DNA from: Rhodanobacteraceae bacterium
GTDB lineage: Bacteria; Pseudomonadota; Gammaproteobacteria; Xanthomonadales; SZUA-5
NCBI GenBank assembly: GCA_031425695.1
Contig: JANPJV010000185.1
Coordinates: forward strand, 2,234-66,233
Reading direction: 5' to 3'
Length of the DNA stretch: 64,000 bases
In this document: one piece after another, positions 10,082 to 19,068 of the stretch
Layout of the letters: every line of letters begins with the position of its first letter
Position numbering within the stretch: the first letter of the stretch is position 1
The notes under the pieces: generated by a model
The model's input: only the letters and a program-made list of their open reading frames with translations
Told to the model about the DNA's origin: nothing
The model's database searches: none
Translations under genes and position numbers: made by a program

Positions 10082-11443
10082 TTGACTCAACTTTCATGGC
10101 TCTACGGCGTGCTCGGATTGGCCCTGCTGGCGATGGCTCCGGCTGTCACGGCCGAGCCGGTTTCGCGTCTCGTCGATGTGCGTACCGCGGGCGCTGAGCG
10201 GGTTGCTGCGCTCAAATCAATGCGTGGGGTCGAGTGGTGGCTCGAGCTCGGAGATCACCTGTTGCTGACCGGCGAGCGTAAAGAGCTCGACCGGGTGGCG
10301 GAGCGGACGGCGGACGCCTGGCCCGCGCTCGATCCCGCGGCACTGGTGCTGGAAGCGCGCGGTTGCGGCTTCGATGGCACCAAGCATCTCCCGGCGATTG
10401 CCGAGGCCGGGCGCTTTGCGCTCGTGCGTGTGCCGCCATCGCTGGCGAAGTATCCGGTGCCCGGGCGCGACTGGCGCCCGGTGCAGGTCAATTCCAGCTA
10501 TGCACGGCTGTGGTCGAATGATCCGGCGAAGGCCGCCGCCGGCAGCGCGGGTCCCGATCCGCTGGTACAGCCGCTGGTCGACGCGGTCAATCCAAGCGGG
10601 TGGGTTTCGCGTTTCACGACCCTCGCGGGCTACAACCGCAACACCTTCGGTGCTGGCAGGGTGCAGGCGCGCGACTGGCTGGTTGCCCAATTCCAGGGGA
10701 TCGCCGGCGTCGACAGCGTGACCGTGCCGAGCTTCAGCTTCAGCTACAGCGCCCAGCAGTACACGGCCGAGAACGTGCTCGCGCGCATGCCCGGCACGCG
10801 GCGGCCGAACGAATGGGTGATCGTTGGCGGCCACTATGATTCGCGCAATCCCAACAATGGCCCGGGCGGCAGCAATCCCTCACCGGGCGCGGAGGACAAC
10901 GCCACGGGGTGCGCCGGCGTGATCGAAATGGCGCGCGTGCTGAGCCGTTTCCGTCCGGAGCGCACGGTGCTCTTCATGTGTTACGCCGGCGAGGAGCAGG
11001 GCCTCTATGGCTCGTCCGCCCATGTGGCGGCGTTGCAGCAAGCCGGTGATGTCGCGCGGGTCGTGTACATGCTCAACATGGACATGATCGGCTACAGCGG
11101 CGATGCCGATCTCGATGTCCTGGTCGAGAGCACCAGTCTTGGCGCCGCCTCGTTTGCCCGTTTCGGCGCCCTCGCCGCGATGTATGCGCCGAGCCTGCGG
11201 CTGGTGACCAGCCTGAGCCCGTGCTGTTCCGACCATATGCCGTACTTGAACGCGGGCATTCCAGGCGCGCTGACGATTGCCAATGACTGGGGCTCCTACC
11301 CGCACTATCACCAGGCCACCGACGTGCCCGCCAATGTCACCAATGCACAGGCCATGGGCGGCAACCTCCTGCGCATGAACGCGGCCTTCCTGGCCGAAAC
11401 CGCCCTGGCGTCGGACCGCATGTTCGCGGATGGCCTGGAGTAG
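10082..11443 (+). CDS. Secreted M28 family metallopeptidase with C-terminal DRMFADGLE tail
   Basis: Signal peptide (TTG start, ...AVTA); GGHYDS, PGAEDNATG, AGEEQGLYGS, NMDMIG, SDH, HYH motifs. Confidence 0.9.
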   Translation: MTQLSWLYGVLGLALLAMAPAVTAEPVSRLVDVRTAGAERVAALKSMRGVEWWLELGDHLLLTGERKELDRVAERTADAWPALDPAALVLEARGCGFDGTKHLPAIAEAGRFALVRVPPSLAKYPVPGRDWRPVQVNSSYARLWSNDPAKAAAGSAGPDPLVQPLVDAVNPSGWVSRFTTLAGYNRNTFGAGRVQARDWLVAQFQGIAGVDSVTVPSFSFSYSAQQYTAENVLARMPGTRRPNEWVIVGGHYDSRNPNNGPGGSNPSPGAEDNATGCAGVIEMARVLSRFRPERTVLFMCYAGEEQGLYGSSAHVAALQQAGDVARVVYMLNMDMIGYSGDADLDVLVESTSLGAASFARFGALAAMYAPSLRLVTSLSPCCSDHMPYLNAGIPGALTIANDWGSYPHYHQATDVPANVTNAQAMGGNLLRMNAAFLAETALASDRMFADGLE

Positions 11444-11455
11444 CTTTTGCTTTGT

Positions 11456-11603
11456 GTGGGCTCGGAGGTTGTCCGGACTTTATCCGTGGCAGGAAGGAAG
11501 AGCGTTCGGACAAGGTCCGAACCCACGTGGAGCAGAGCAGATGCGTTCGGACAAGGTCCGAACCCACGTGGAGCAGAAGCGTTCGGAGCAGGTTCGAACC
11601 CGC
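11456..11603. repeat. REP cluster, family A, with tandemly duplicated right arms
   Basis: gcgttcggacaaggtccgaacccacgtggagcaga occurs twice, plus a third decayed copy and a decayed left arm. Confidence 0.85.
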
Positions 11604-11743
11604 CAAGGGGTCTTAACCGACCAGGGACTTAAACCACAAAGCCTCCCACCTGAACGTTCCGCCCAGCCCTGCACGCCATCTTCAGGGCGCCTGGATATCC
11701 TGGTTTGACGCGTTCCTCTACGGGCGCTCACAGGAGCTCACCA

Positions 11744-12115
11744 ATGACTAGATTCTCCATTCTGACGACAGCAATCGCGACTGCGGCACTGGTTTTCGGC
11801 GCTGGCGCCGTCTCCGCGGGCACGCTCGACTCGGTCGTCAACATCCAGAACAACTCGAGCTGGGAAATCCATCAGGTTTATGTCTCGCCCATCGATAAAG
11901 CCGAATGGGGCGACAACTTGCTCAAGGGCAATGTGGTCGAGGCCAAGGGCGGCAGCGTCGAGATCTTCAAGATTGCCTGCGATACCTACGACGTGCGCCT
12001 GATCGACGAGGACGGCGGCGAGTGTGTCGTCCCCGACATCTCCCTGTGCGCCGAAAAGGACGCTTGGGTGATCGAAGACGAGGATCTGCTCGCCTGTCAG
12101 GCAAATACTGAGTAA
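11744..12115 (+). CDS. Small secreted protein of unknown function (4 Cys, beta-rich)
   Basis: aggag RBS, signal peptide, then N.SSWEIHQVYVSP....WG.NLL...C..YDVRLIDEDG.EC. Confidence 0.8.
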   Translation: MTRFSILTTAIATAALVFGAGAVSAGTLDSVVNIQNNSSWEIHQVYVSPIDKAEWGDNLLKGNVVEAKGGSVEIFKIACDTYDVRLIDEDGGECVVPDISLCAEKDAWVIEDEDLLACQANTE

Positions 12116-12124
12116 TGCCCTTCC

Positions 12125-12153
12125 AGCGGGAGCGCCCTTGGCCGCTCCCGCTG
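12125..12153. terminator. Hairpin between convergent genes (probable bidirectional terminator)
   Basis: cagcgggagcg-cccttggc-cgctcccgctg. Confidence 0.6.
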
Positions 12154-12159
12154 TCTCCG

Positions 12160-12633
12160 TCACCCCATCAGCCCGAACAGCGTGGTCACTACCCACCACA
12201 TCAGGGCGATCCCGAGCACCGCCAGCAGGATCAATACCAGCACCACCACGGCGACCAGGCCGCGGCTGGTGGTGCGCGTGCGCTGGGGTTGGGCAAGATG
12301 GGCTTCGAGCAGGTCGGCATTGCGCAGGTTCGCGCGCCAGCCGAGGTCGAAAAGATCACCCAGGATCGGAATCGCGCCGATGACGGTGTCGACCCCGAGA
12401 TTGAAGAGCATGCGCGCAAGCACCGAACGCGACGCGCCCTGACGCGCAGCCGTCACCACGATCGCGCCCGAGAGCGCCGCGCCGGTCAGGTCGCCGATGC
12501 CGGGAATCAGCCCCAGCAGCGCATCCAGCCCGACCTTGATATTGGTGCCCGGGATGGTGAACGCGGCATCCAGCAACTGCGCCAGCCGCCGCGTGATGCG
12601 CACCGAATCGATATCACTCGCGGGTGTGGACAA
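12160..12633 (-). CDS. DUF4112 membrane protein
   Basis: LLDAAFTIPGT..KVGLDALLGLIPGIGD; GAIPILGDLFD..WRANLRN. Confidence 0.9.
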   Translation of the reverse strand: MSTPASDIDSVRITRRLAQLLDAAFTIPGTNIKVGLDALLGLIPGIGDLTGAALSGAIVVTAARQGASRSVLARMLFNLGVDTVIGAIPILGDLFDLGWRANLRNADLLEAHLAQPQRTRTTSRGLVAVVVLVLILLAVLGIALMWWVVTTLFGLMG

Positions 12634-12728
12634 GCTTCAAGCTCCTCTTGGGTGTGTCCGACAGTGTCCCAGGGCGCGTGTTCTTGCAGCGTCGAGGCGC
12701 CGCCGACGAAAGAATCCAAAGTGAGCGG

Positions 12729-12942
12729 GATCAACCTCAAAGCATCCGCAGACTACGCAGATGAAAACCGAGAAGAAGCTGATAAGAGTGGATTAAATGC
12801 CCAGGCGCAGGTCGGTGGACGCGCCGTTGGTGGTTCTACGCGTGCCAGTTGCAAGCCGCTCGCTGGTGCCGGGAGGCCTCGTCTTTAATCAGCTCTTATC
12901 CGCTTTTCATCTGTGTAATCTGCGGATGCTTTGAGTTTGATC
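12729..12942. repeat. Long inverted repeat with CGCAGA-type units (MITE-like)
   Basis: gatcaacctcaaagcatccgcagactacgcagatgaaaa ... ttttcatctgtgtaatctgcggatgctttgagtttgatc. Confidence 0.82.
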
Positions 12943-12966
12943 TTGCTTTTCGATATGGACGGACGA

Positions 12967-14421
12967 TCAGTCGAACCAGGTCAGAGCCAGCTCGTTGGGG
13001 ACGCTGACGTGGCGCAGGCTGCTGCCGCTGACTTCGATGGTGACTTCAACGACGTGCAGGCCGAGACCTAGCGTGCCGCCGGGTGCGTTCACTGCGCTGA
13101 GGTAGCTGGCGCTTAAGGTGCGGCTGGCGGCGGCGGCGCCTGCGGCGAGCTGCTGCATGCCGATCGCGGCCACGGGTTCGCCGTTGACGCGAATTCCCAG
13201 CAGTGCGGAGGTCAGGGTATCGGCGTTATCGCCCTGGATGCGGGTGCGTGCATTGAACAGCACGATGCCGTCGTGGCCGGGCGGGATGTAGACCTGGGCG
13301 CTGGCGAGCACCACCGTGGTCGACGGCGGCGGACACAGCGGCGCGCCGATGGTGGATGCGACGCAACGCCAAGTGTAGGTCGAGCACGCCTGCGCCGGTC
13401 CGCTCACCGCCGAGCCGAACACGCCACCGCCGCTCGCGCTCAGCATGCGTGCACTGCCGAGCCCCCAGCAAACGCCGTTTTCGTGCGCACCGGGAAAATC
13501 GCTGCCGAAGGCCAGTTCGCTCGCGACCAGCGTCAGCGAGCGCTGCTGCCCGGGTAGCAGGCGGTGCACGCCGTGCAGCATCACCGGGGCCTGCAGCTCG
13601 GCGTTCGGGTCGATGTCGTTGACGCTCCAGGACGCCGAATGCGTCGACTGACAGATCCCGTCGGCGCGCAGGCCGAGCAGGGCGTCACCGTGGCCGCCGT
13701 CGATGCCGCTGTCGCAGGCATGGAAAGCGCGCCCGCTCGCGAGCGTGATCACGTCGAGCGTGCGGCTGCCCTGGTTGCGCAGGCTCTGGGTCAGGACCGG
13801 CAGCAGCGGCCGGTCGGGCGCACCCTCGCGGATATCGATGTTCTGCTCCGGCGCGTAGGTGGTCACCTGGAAATTCTCACTCGGTCCGGACAACGCGGAA
13901 GACAGGATCTGCGAGTGCGGCTGCACCAGCAGCGAAAGGCCGCTGCCGGCGCCGATGCGAAAGCGCCCGGGCCGCGTCGGGTGGGCGCTGGCGACCAGCT
14001 CGATCACATGCACGCCCGCGCCGAGCGTGGCGTCGGCGAGTACATTGAACGCGTGCATGACCGGACGCTGCGTCGAGCCCCAGTCGGTCACCGCGACCGA
14101 ACTCATCGATTCGTCGCCATCGATGCGGATCCGCACCGCCGCTGCGGGCGCATCCACCGGGAAGTGGCGACCGTCGGCAACCGCCACGATGCGTGTCGTC
14201 CGGCTCAGCACGATGGTGCGGCTCGCCACCACGGTCGGCGTTGTTCCGGTGATCAGCAGGTCCGCGTCGATCCGCTGGAAGCTCGACAGCGCGCGGGCGC
14301 AATCCTCGAAGCCATCCGCGCGCAGCACGTCGGGCGCGCTCAACGGGCACGCGTGGGCAGTGCTGGTGCCGAGCAGCAACCAGGCGACGAGAGTCTGCCG
14401 AACATTCAAGGGGAAGCGCAT
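12967..14421 (-). CDS. Secreted hypothetical beta-rich protein with N-terminal DVLRADGFE motif
   Basis: Signal peptide ending TAHA; repeated beta-sandwich-like units (LGAGVHVIEL / LGLGLHVVEV). The 5' extension in the ORF track runs through a REP. Confidence 0.75.
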   Translation of the reverse strand: MRFPLNVRQTLVAWLLLGTSTAHACPLSAPDVLRADGFEDCARALSSFQRIDADLLITGTTPTVVASRTIVLSRTTRIVAVADGRHFPVDAPAAAVRIRIDGDESMSSVAVTDWGSTQRPVMHAFNVLADATLGAGVHVIELVASAHPTRPGRFRIGAGSGLSLLVQPHSQILSSALSGPSENFQVTTYAPEQNIDIREGAPDRPLLPVLTQSLRNQGSRTLDVITLASGRAFHACDSGIDGGHGDALLGLRADGICQSTHSASWSVNDIDPNAELQAPVMLHGVHRLLPGQQRSLTLVASELAFGSDFPGAHENGVCWGLGSARMLSASGGGVFGSAVSGPAQACSTYTWRCVASTIGAPLCPPPSTTVVLASAQVYIPPGHDGIVLFNARTRIQGDNADTLTSALLGIRVNGEPVAAIGMQQLAAGAAAASRTLSASYLSAVNAPGGTLGLGLHVVEVTIEVSGSSLRHVSVPNELALTWFD

Positions 14422-14471
14422 GCGCGAATGATGCATCGGCCATGGTGAATGCTTAGGTGGGTGCCGCCTAC

Positions 14472-14585
14472 GTGGGTTCGGGCCTTGTCCGAACGCTTTG
14501 CCTACCGGTACGGAAAAGCGTCCGAACAAGGTTCGGACCCACAAGAGCAAACGCCAAGGAGCGTCCGAACAAGGTTCGGACCCAC
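14472..14585. repeat. REP cluster, family A (one left arm, two right arms)
   Basis: gtgggttcgggccttgtccgaacgct ... agcgtccgaacaaggttcggacccac twice. Confidence 0.88.
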
Positions 14586-14719
14586 AACAACAAACTCGAC
14601 ACTGCCGTCTATCGTAAAACTCCCGTATTCATGCAGGAATTTTCTGACAAGACGCGAAAACGTCATTCTCCGAGGACTACACTCCCGCCGCTCGACTCGA
14701 GCTCGTATGGGGATACGAA

Positions 14720-15574
14720 ATGAAAGGGTTGCGAGAGATCACGCTGGGGGCGTGTTTGTTGGCAGTGTCGAGTGCGGCCCCGGCGGCCGCCTACTTGCGC
14801 GTCTTGTCCTGGAACACCTTGCACGCGGGCTACGCCAATTCGACCGACTGGCCCGGCTACGCGGCGCAGGCTTGGAACGATTTCGGTACCACCGCCGCCG
14901 CGGCCAACGGCGTCGATGTGATCTTCGCCCAGGAGGTGATGTACGACACCGCCGCGGCGAGCCTCGCGAGCGCGCTCACCGCCATCAGCGGCGTGACCTG
15001 GGATTACCGGGTGACCGCGGCCATCGGGCGCAGCAGCTACAAGGAACGCTACGCGGTCCTGTTCCGAACCGACCGCGTGACCCTGCTCTCCTCGACGGTG
15101 TGGGTCGATACCGGCGACAAATTCGAGCGCGAGCCGCAGATCGTCAAGCTGCGCCAGATCCAGACCGGCGAGGACTTTACCTTCATCAACTGGCACACGA
15201 TCTTCGGCGAGACCGCCGAGCGCCAGGCCGAGATCGCGGCGATCTCTTCGGTGTTCAGCTCGGTGCAGTCGGGCAGCAGCTCGGACCAGGACGTGATCCT
15301 GCTCGGCGACCACAATCGCGACTCCACTTCGCCGTGGTGGGCGAACCTGACCGCGGTGTCGCCCGTCGTCAGCTATCGCGTGAATGACCTGACTTCGATC
15401 AATACCAGCTGCGCGTTTGCCAGTGCCTACGACCATTTCTGGTTCCAGGCCAGCTACGTGAGCGAGTACTCGAGCTCGGGCCGTGACTACGCCGCCAGCA
15501 TGTGCGTGCTGCGCGACTTGTCCGACCATGCGCCGGTGTTCCTCAATCTGTATTCGAGCTCCGACACCGATTGA
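14720..15574 (+). CDS. Secreted DNase I-like endonuclease (EEP family)
   Basis: Signal peptide; LSWN, AQEV, GRSSYKERY, FEREP, LLGDHN, AYDH and SDHAPV motifs. Confidence 0.9.
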   Translation: MKGLREITLGACLLAVSSAAPAAAYLRVLSWNTLHAGYANSTDWPGYAAQAWNDFGTTAAAANGVDVIFAQEVMYDTAAASLASALTAISGVTWDYRVTAAIGRSSYKERYAVLFRTDRVTLLSSTVWVDTGDKFEREPQIVKLRQIQTGEDFTFINWHTIFGETAERQAEIAAISSVFSSVQSGSSSDQDVILLGDHNRDSTSPWWANLTAVSPVVSYRVNDLTSINTSCAFASAYDHFWFQASYVSEYSSSGRDYAASMCVLRDLSDHAPVFLNLYSSSDTD

Positions 15575-17280
15575 TGGTGCGACGGGCTTGGGGCAGGGCG
15601 CTCCTGGCTGGCACCTTGGTGCTGGCCGGGTCCTGGTGGGGATGGGAGCGCTCGACGACCGCACCCGACTCGGTGCCAATGGCGGCGTCGCGCGGAGCCG
15701 TGGCGCCGGTCGTTGCGCTCGACGGCGCCCCGGCGGCATCCACCACTGATTCGGAGCAACCCGCGCCTTCGGGTATCGAGATCCAGCTGCTCCCCGACGG
15801 CGTGGTCGGCGCGCGCGCCGACTCTGTGCGCATCGGCCTGGCGCAGATCTCTGCGGAAGACGCGCGGGTCTACCAGGAATGGCTCGATGGTGGTTCGCAG
15901 GGCGCCGGGCCCGCCGAGCGCTCCGAGCTCGCAACCGTGGAACGTTGGGCGCCAGCCACCGCCACGCGCAATCCCGATGGCAGCGTGAGTGTCGGCCCGC
16001 TAGCCCTGCCTTTCGCCGATCGCTACGACCTGCAGGCGCGAGGCGACGACGCCCTGCATTTCTGGCTGGCCGCGTTCACCGCGCCGGCGCCGCCGGCCAC
16101 GATCAGCCCGACCATCGCCGCCGGGCTGCGCATCCAGCACGGGTTGCCGCCGGGCAGCGCGGCGCGCGTGCTGCTGCGGCGAGTCGGTGAGCCGCAGGAC
16201 GCGCCCCGGTGGCAGCACTTGTTGGCGCGCGAAGCGCCGGCGCTGCTCGCGGCAATGAATGACAGCGCGCTCACCGTCGCGCCTGGACAGGTGCTCGCGC
16301 CGCTGCCGCCCGGACCGCTGACCGTGATTCTCGAGGTCGACGGTGTCGAAGCGCAGCGGCTGGCGGTGCAGCTCGCCGCCGGTGCGATCTCCGACGTCAG
16401 GTTCGATCCGCTGGTGGCTGAAGCCGTGCGCTCGCTCAGCATCGATCTCGAAATGACCTTCCAGGTCGAAGGCACGCGTGAACCGATTGGGCAGGTCAAG
16501 GCCGTCACCGAGACCGCGAACGGCGAGGTCGCGCGCGAGAGCGATGAGCGCGGTCGCGTGCTGTTCGAGAACCTGGATCGCCAGCGGCAAGCCCGCTTCA
16601 ACCTCAGCTTTCCGCGTGCCGAAGGCGGGCTGCCCAGCTGGCCGGAACAGCGCGCGCTCGAGCTCGATCTCGATACGCTGGCCCAGGCTGCCACTGCTTC
16701 ACCCGCGGCCGGAAAGCGCATGCGCGTGAGCAAGACCGTCGAGCTGCGCCCGCTTCAGTGGCTGCTCGCGAGCGTGGGCGGATTCCCGCTCACCACGCAA
16801 CGCAGCGTCGGCGATCCGTGGCCGATCTTCGTGCTGCAACGGGAGCAGGACGGCCTGTGGGCCGACGTCTCAGCCGACTACTTCCTGACCGTTCCCGAGG
16901 GGCTCGCGGTATCGATCGAATCCTCGGGCAGCTTTCGCGTCGCAGCCGTGCACCGACCCTGGAGCGTCCACTACTCGACTGCCGCCGATAACCGCCGTCC
17001 GAACGCCGACGGGCGCTATCGCGTCGAACTCGACCGGCTGCCCGGACGCGCCGTCGAGCTCACCGTCCTGCACCAGGGCCGCACCCTCGCGCACGCGCCG
17101 ATCGATGTGCGCGGACCGATCCGCGGCATGCCGGATCCCAGTTTGGAAACCGATGCCAGCGGACGCCTGCAACTGGAAGCGGTTACCGTGCCCAGCGTGC
17201 GTGTCGAAGTTCCCGGCTTCGAAGTTGCCGAGGTCCCGCTGCGCGCGGCGTTGACGACGGTGGAGTTGCAGCGGGAGTAG
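15574..17280 (+). CDS. Membrane-anchored hypothetical protein with carboxypeptidase-regulatory-like beta domains
   Basis: TGATG overlap with the nuclease gene; N-terminal TM; RESDERGRVLF and ETDASGRLQL...VEVPGF repeats. Confidence 0.7.
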   Translation: MVRRAWGRALLAGTLVLAGSWWGWERSTTAPDSVPMAASRGAVAPVVALDGAPAASTTDSEQPAPSGIEIQLLPDGVVGARADSVRIGLAQISAEDARVYQEWLDGGSQGAGPAERSELATVERWAPATATRNPDGSVSVGPLALPFADRYDLQARGDDALHFWLAAFTAPAPPATISPTIAAGLRIQHGLPPGSAARVLLRRVGEPQDAPRWQHLLAREAPALLAAMNDSALTVAPGQVLAPLPPGPLTVILEVDGVEAQRLAVQLAAGAISDVRFDPLVAEAVRSLSIDLEMTFQVEGTREPIGQVKAVTETANGEVARESDERGRVLFENLDRQRQARFNLSFPRAEGGLPSWPEQRALELDLDTLAQAATASPAAGKRMRVSKTVELRPLQWLLASVGGFPLTTQRSVGDPWPIFVLQREQDGLWADVSADYFLTVPEGLAVSIESSGSFRVAAVHRPWSVHYSTAADNRRPNADGRYRVELDRLPGRAVELTVLHQGRTLAHAPIDVRGPIRGMPDPSLETDASGRLQLEAVTVPSVRVEVPGFEVAEVPLRAALTTVELQRE

Positions 17281-17291
17281 CAGGGGCTTGT

Positions 17292-17406
17292 GGTGGGTCT
17301 GCGCTGCGCGCGGACGCTCTTTTCCCCGGGATCAAAGCGTCCGCGCACAGCGCAGACCCACCAAAGGCACCGAGATCAAAGCGTCCGCGCACACCGGAGG
17401 CCCACC
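17292..17406. repeat. REP cluster (GGTGGGTCTGCGCTG family)
   Basis: ggtgggtctgcgctgcgcgcggacgct ... agcgtccgcgcacagcgcagacccacc plus a duplicated right arm. Confidence 0.82.
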
Positions 17407-17419
17407 AAAACCAGGCGGC

Positions 17420-18334
17420 TCACCCCGCCTTGATCCACCCCGCCGCTATCCGCCCGACTTCGGCAAGGACGGCGTCGTCTTCGGGCCGCATCTTTTCGTG
17501 GTGGCCGTCCGCTTCGAAGTACGCCGCAATCACGATCGGCTTGCGCTCAGGAAGCCAGACCACGGCGACGTCGTTGTGCTTGTTGGGCATCTTTTCCGAC
17601 ACCGCGGTGCCGGTCTTGTCGCCGGCCTTCCAGTCGGCCGGCAGCCCGGCGCGGATGCGCTTCATGCCGGTGGTGGTGGCGATCATCCATTCGGCCAGGC
17701 GCTCGCGGGAGGCTGGCGTGAGCAGCTTGCCGCTCATCATCCGCGCGACCAGCTCGGCCATCGCGCGTGGCGTGGTGGTGTCGCGCTCCTCGTCGCCGGT
17801 GACCAGGTTCATCGCCGGCTCCATGCGGTCGATGCGGGTAACCTTGTCGCCCATGGCGCGAAACAGCTCAGTCACCGCCTGCGGTCCGCCGAGCTTGGTG
17901 ATCAGCAGGTTCGCCGCCACGTTGTCGCTGGTTTTCTGCGCCGCTTCGGCGAGATCGCCAATGCGCATGCGGCCCGCTTTCAAATGCTCGGTGGTGACCG
18001 GCGCATGCGCGACCATGTCCTTTTCGCCGTACTCGAGAAAATCATCGAGAGACAGGCGACCGCCATCGGCCTCGCGCAGGACCGCTGCGGCCAGCGGCAG
18101 CTTGAAGGTCGAGCACAGGCCGAAGCGCTGGTCCGAGCGGCGGCCCAGCTCGCGACCGGTGCCATCCAGCATATGTACGCCAAGCCGCCCGCCGGACAGG
18201 CGTTCGGCCTCGGCCAGTGCATCGTCGAATTGCTGGCTTGCGCCCGGCGCCGTGGCCCGGGCACCCAGGCCGAGGCTGAGCCCGGCCATGCCGAGCGCCA
18301 CCAGAAGGCTGCGCCGCTGCAGATTGGTATTCAT
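17420..18334 (-). CDS. bla: Class A serine beta-lactamase with Tat-type signal
   Basis: STFK, SDN, omega loop [17 protein letters not shown]; RRSLL twin-arginine leader. Confidence 0.95.
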   Translation of the reverse strand: MNTNLQRRSLLVALGMAGLSLGLGARATAPGASQQFDDALAEAERLSGGRLGVHMLDGTGRELGRRSDQRFGLCSTFKLPLAAAVLREADGGRLSLDDFLEYGEKDMVAHAPVTTEHLKAGRMRIGDLAEAAQKTSDNVAANLLITKLGGPQAVTELFRAMGDKVTRIDRMEPAMNLVTGDEERDTTTPRAMAELVARMMSGKLLTPASRERLAEWMIATTTGMKRIRAGLPADWKAGDKTGTAVSEKMPNKHNDVAVVWLPERKPIVIAAYFEADGHHEKMRPEDDAVLAEVGRIAAGWIKAG

Positions 18335-18453
18335 CTGCCTCACTCCAGATAACGGGATGCGCAACTCTATCTCTGACCGCAGGGCCACGCGCGGGCGAGT
18401 CGGAGCAATCCGCGGGCACCGTCAGGGAGTGCAAGTCATCAGCACTCAAAACC

Positions 18454-18544
18454 GTGGGAGCGGCGATGGCCGCGATGCTCATGCTGTTCCTATTCGGGAT
18501 GAGAGGCCCGGCAAAAAACCATCGCAGCGATGGCTGCCCCCACA
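18454..18544. repeat. REP doublet, family C (GTGGGAGCRGCSATGGCYGCGA)
   Basis: gtgggagcggcgatggccgcgat ... atcgcagcgatggctgcccccac. Confidence 0.82.
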
Positions 18545-18603
18545 TGAAAAATCATTCAAACTCTGCTCTACGAAGCGCACGCTCACAGTCCCGAGGACGC
18601 ACC

Positions 18604-19065
18604 ATGGCTTACACGCTCAAGGTCAACGGCAAGACCCATGAAGTGGAGGCGGATGCCGACACGCCGCTGCTGTGGGCGTTGCGCGATACGCTCCGGTTGA
18701 CGGGGACCAAGTACGGGTGCGGCATTGCCCAGTGCGGGGCGTGCACGGTGTACCTCGATGGCCAGCCGCTGCGTGCCTGCTCGCTGCCGATCTCCGCGGT
18801 CGGCAAGCATGAGATCACCACGATCGAGGCACTGGAAGGCGCCGAGGCGCGTGCGGTACAGGCGGCGTGGGCCGCGCTCGACGTGCCGCAGTGTGGTTAT
18901 TGCCAGTCTGGCCAGATCATGAGTGCGGTGGCGCTGCTCAAGGTGGTCAAGAAGCCGAGCGACCGCGACATCGACCTCGCCATGAACGGCAATCTCTGTC
19001 GTTGCGCCACCTATGTGCGCATCCGCGCAGCCATCCATTCTGCCGCTGCTGCGCTGGAGGCCTGA
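18604..19065 (+). CDS. (2Fe-2S)-binding subunit, IorA/CoxS family
   Basis: [31 protein letters not shown]. Confidence 0.95.
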   Translation: MAYTLKVNGKTHEVEADADTPLLWALRDTLRLTGTKYGCGIAQCGACTVYLDGQPLRACSLPISAVGKHEITTIEALEGAEARAVQAAWAALDVPQCGYCQSGQIMSAVALLKVVKKPSDRDIDLAMNGNLCRCATYVRIRAAIHSAAAALEA

Positions 19066-19068
19066 GCC

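Noticed and set aside
11501-11603. Short direct repeats with spacers resembling a mini CRISPR array (also 14517-14585, 41315-41402, 35347-35422)
   Set aside because: Only 2-3 units, spacers short and partly identical, most units match dispersed REP families, and no cas genes are present.
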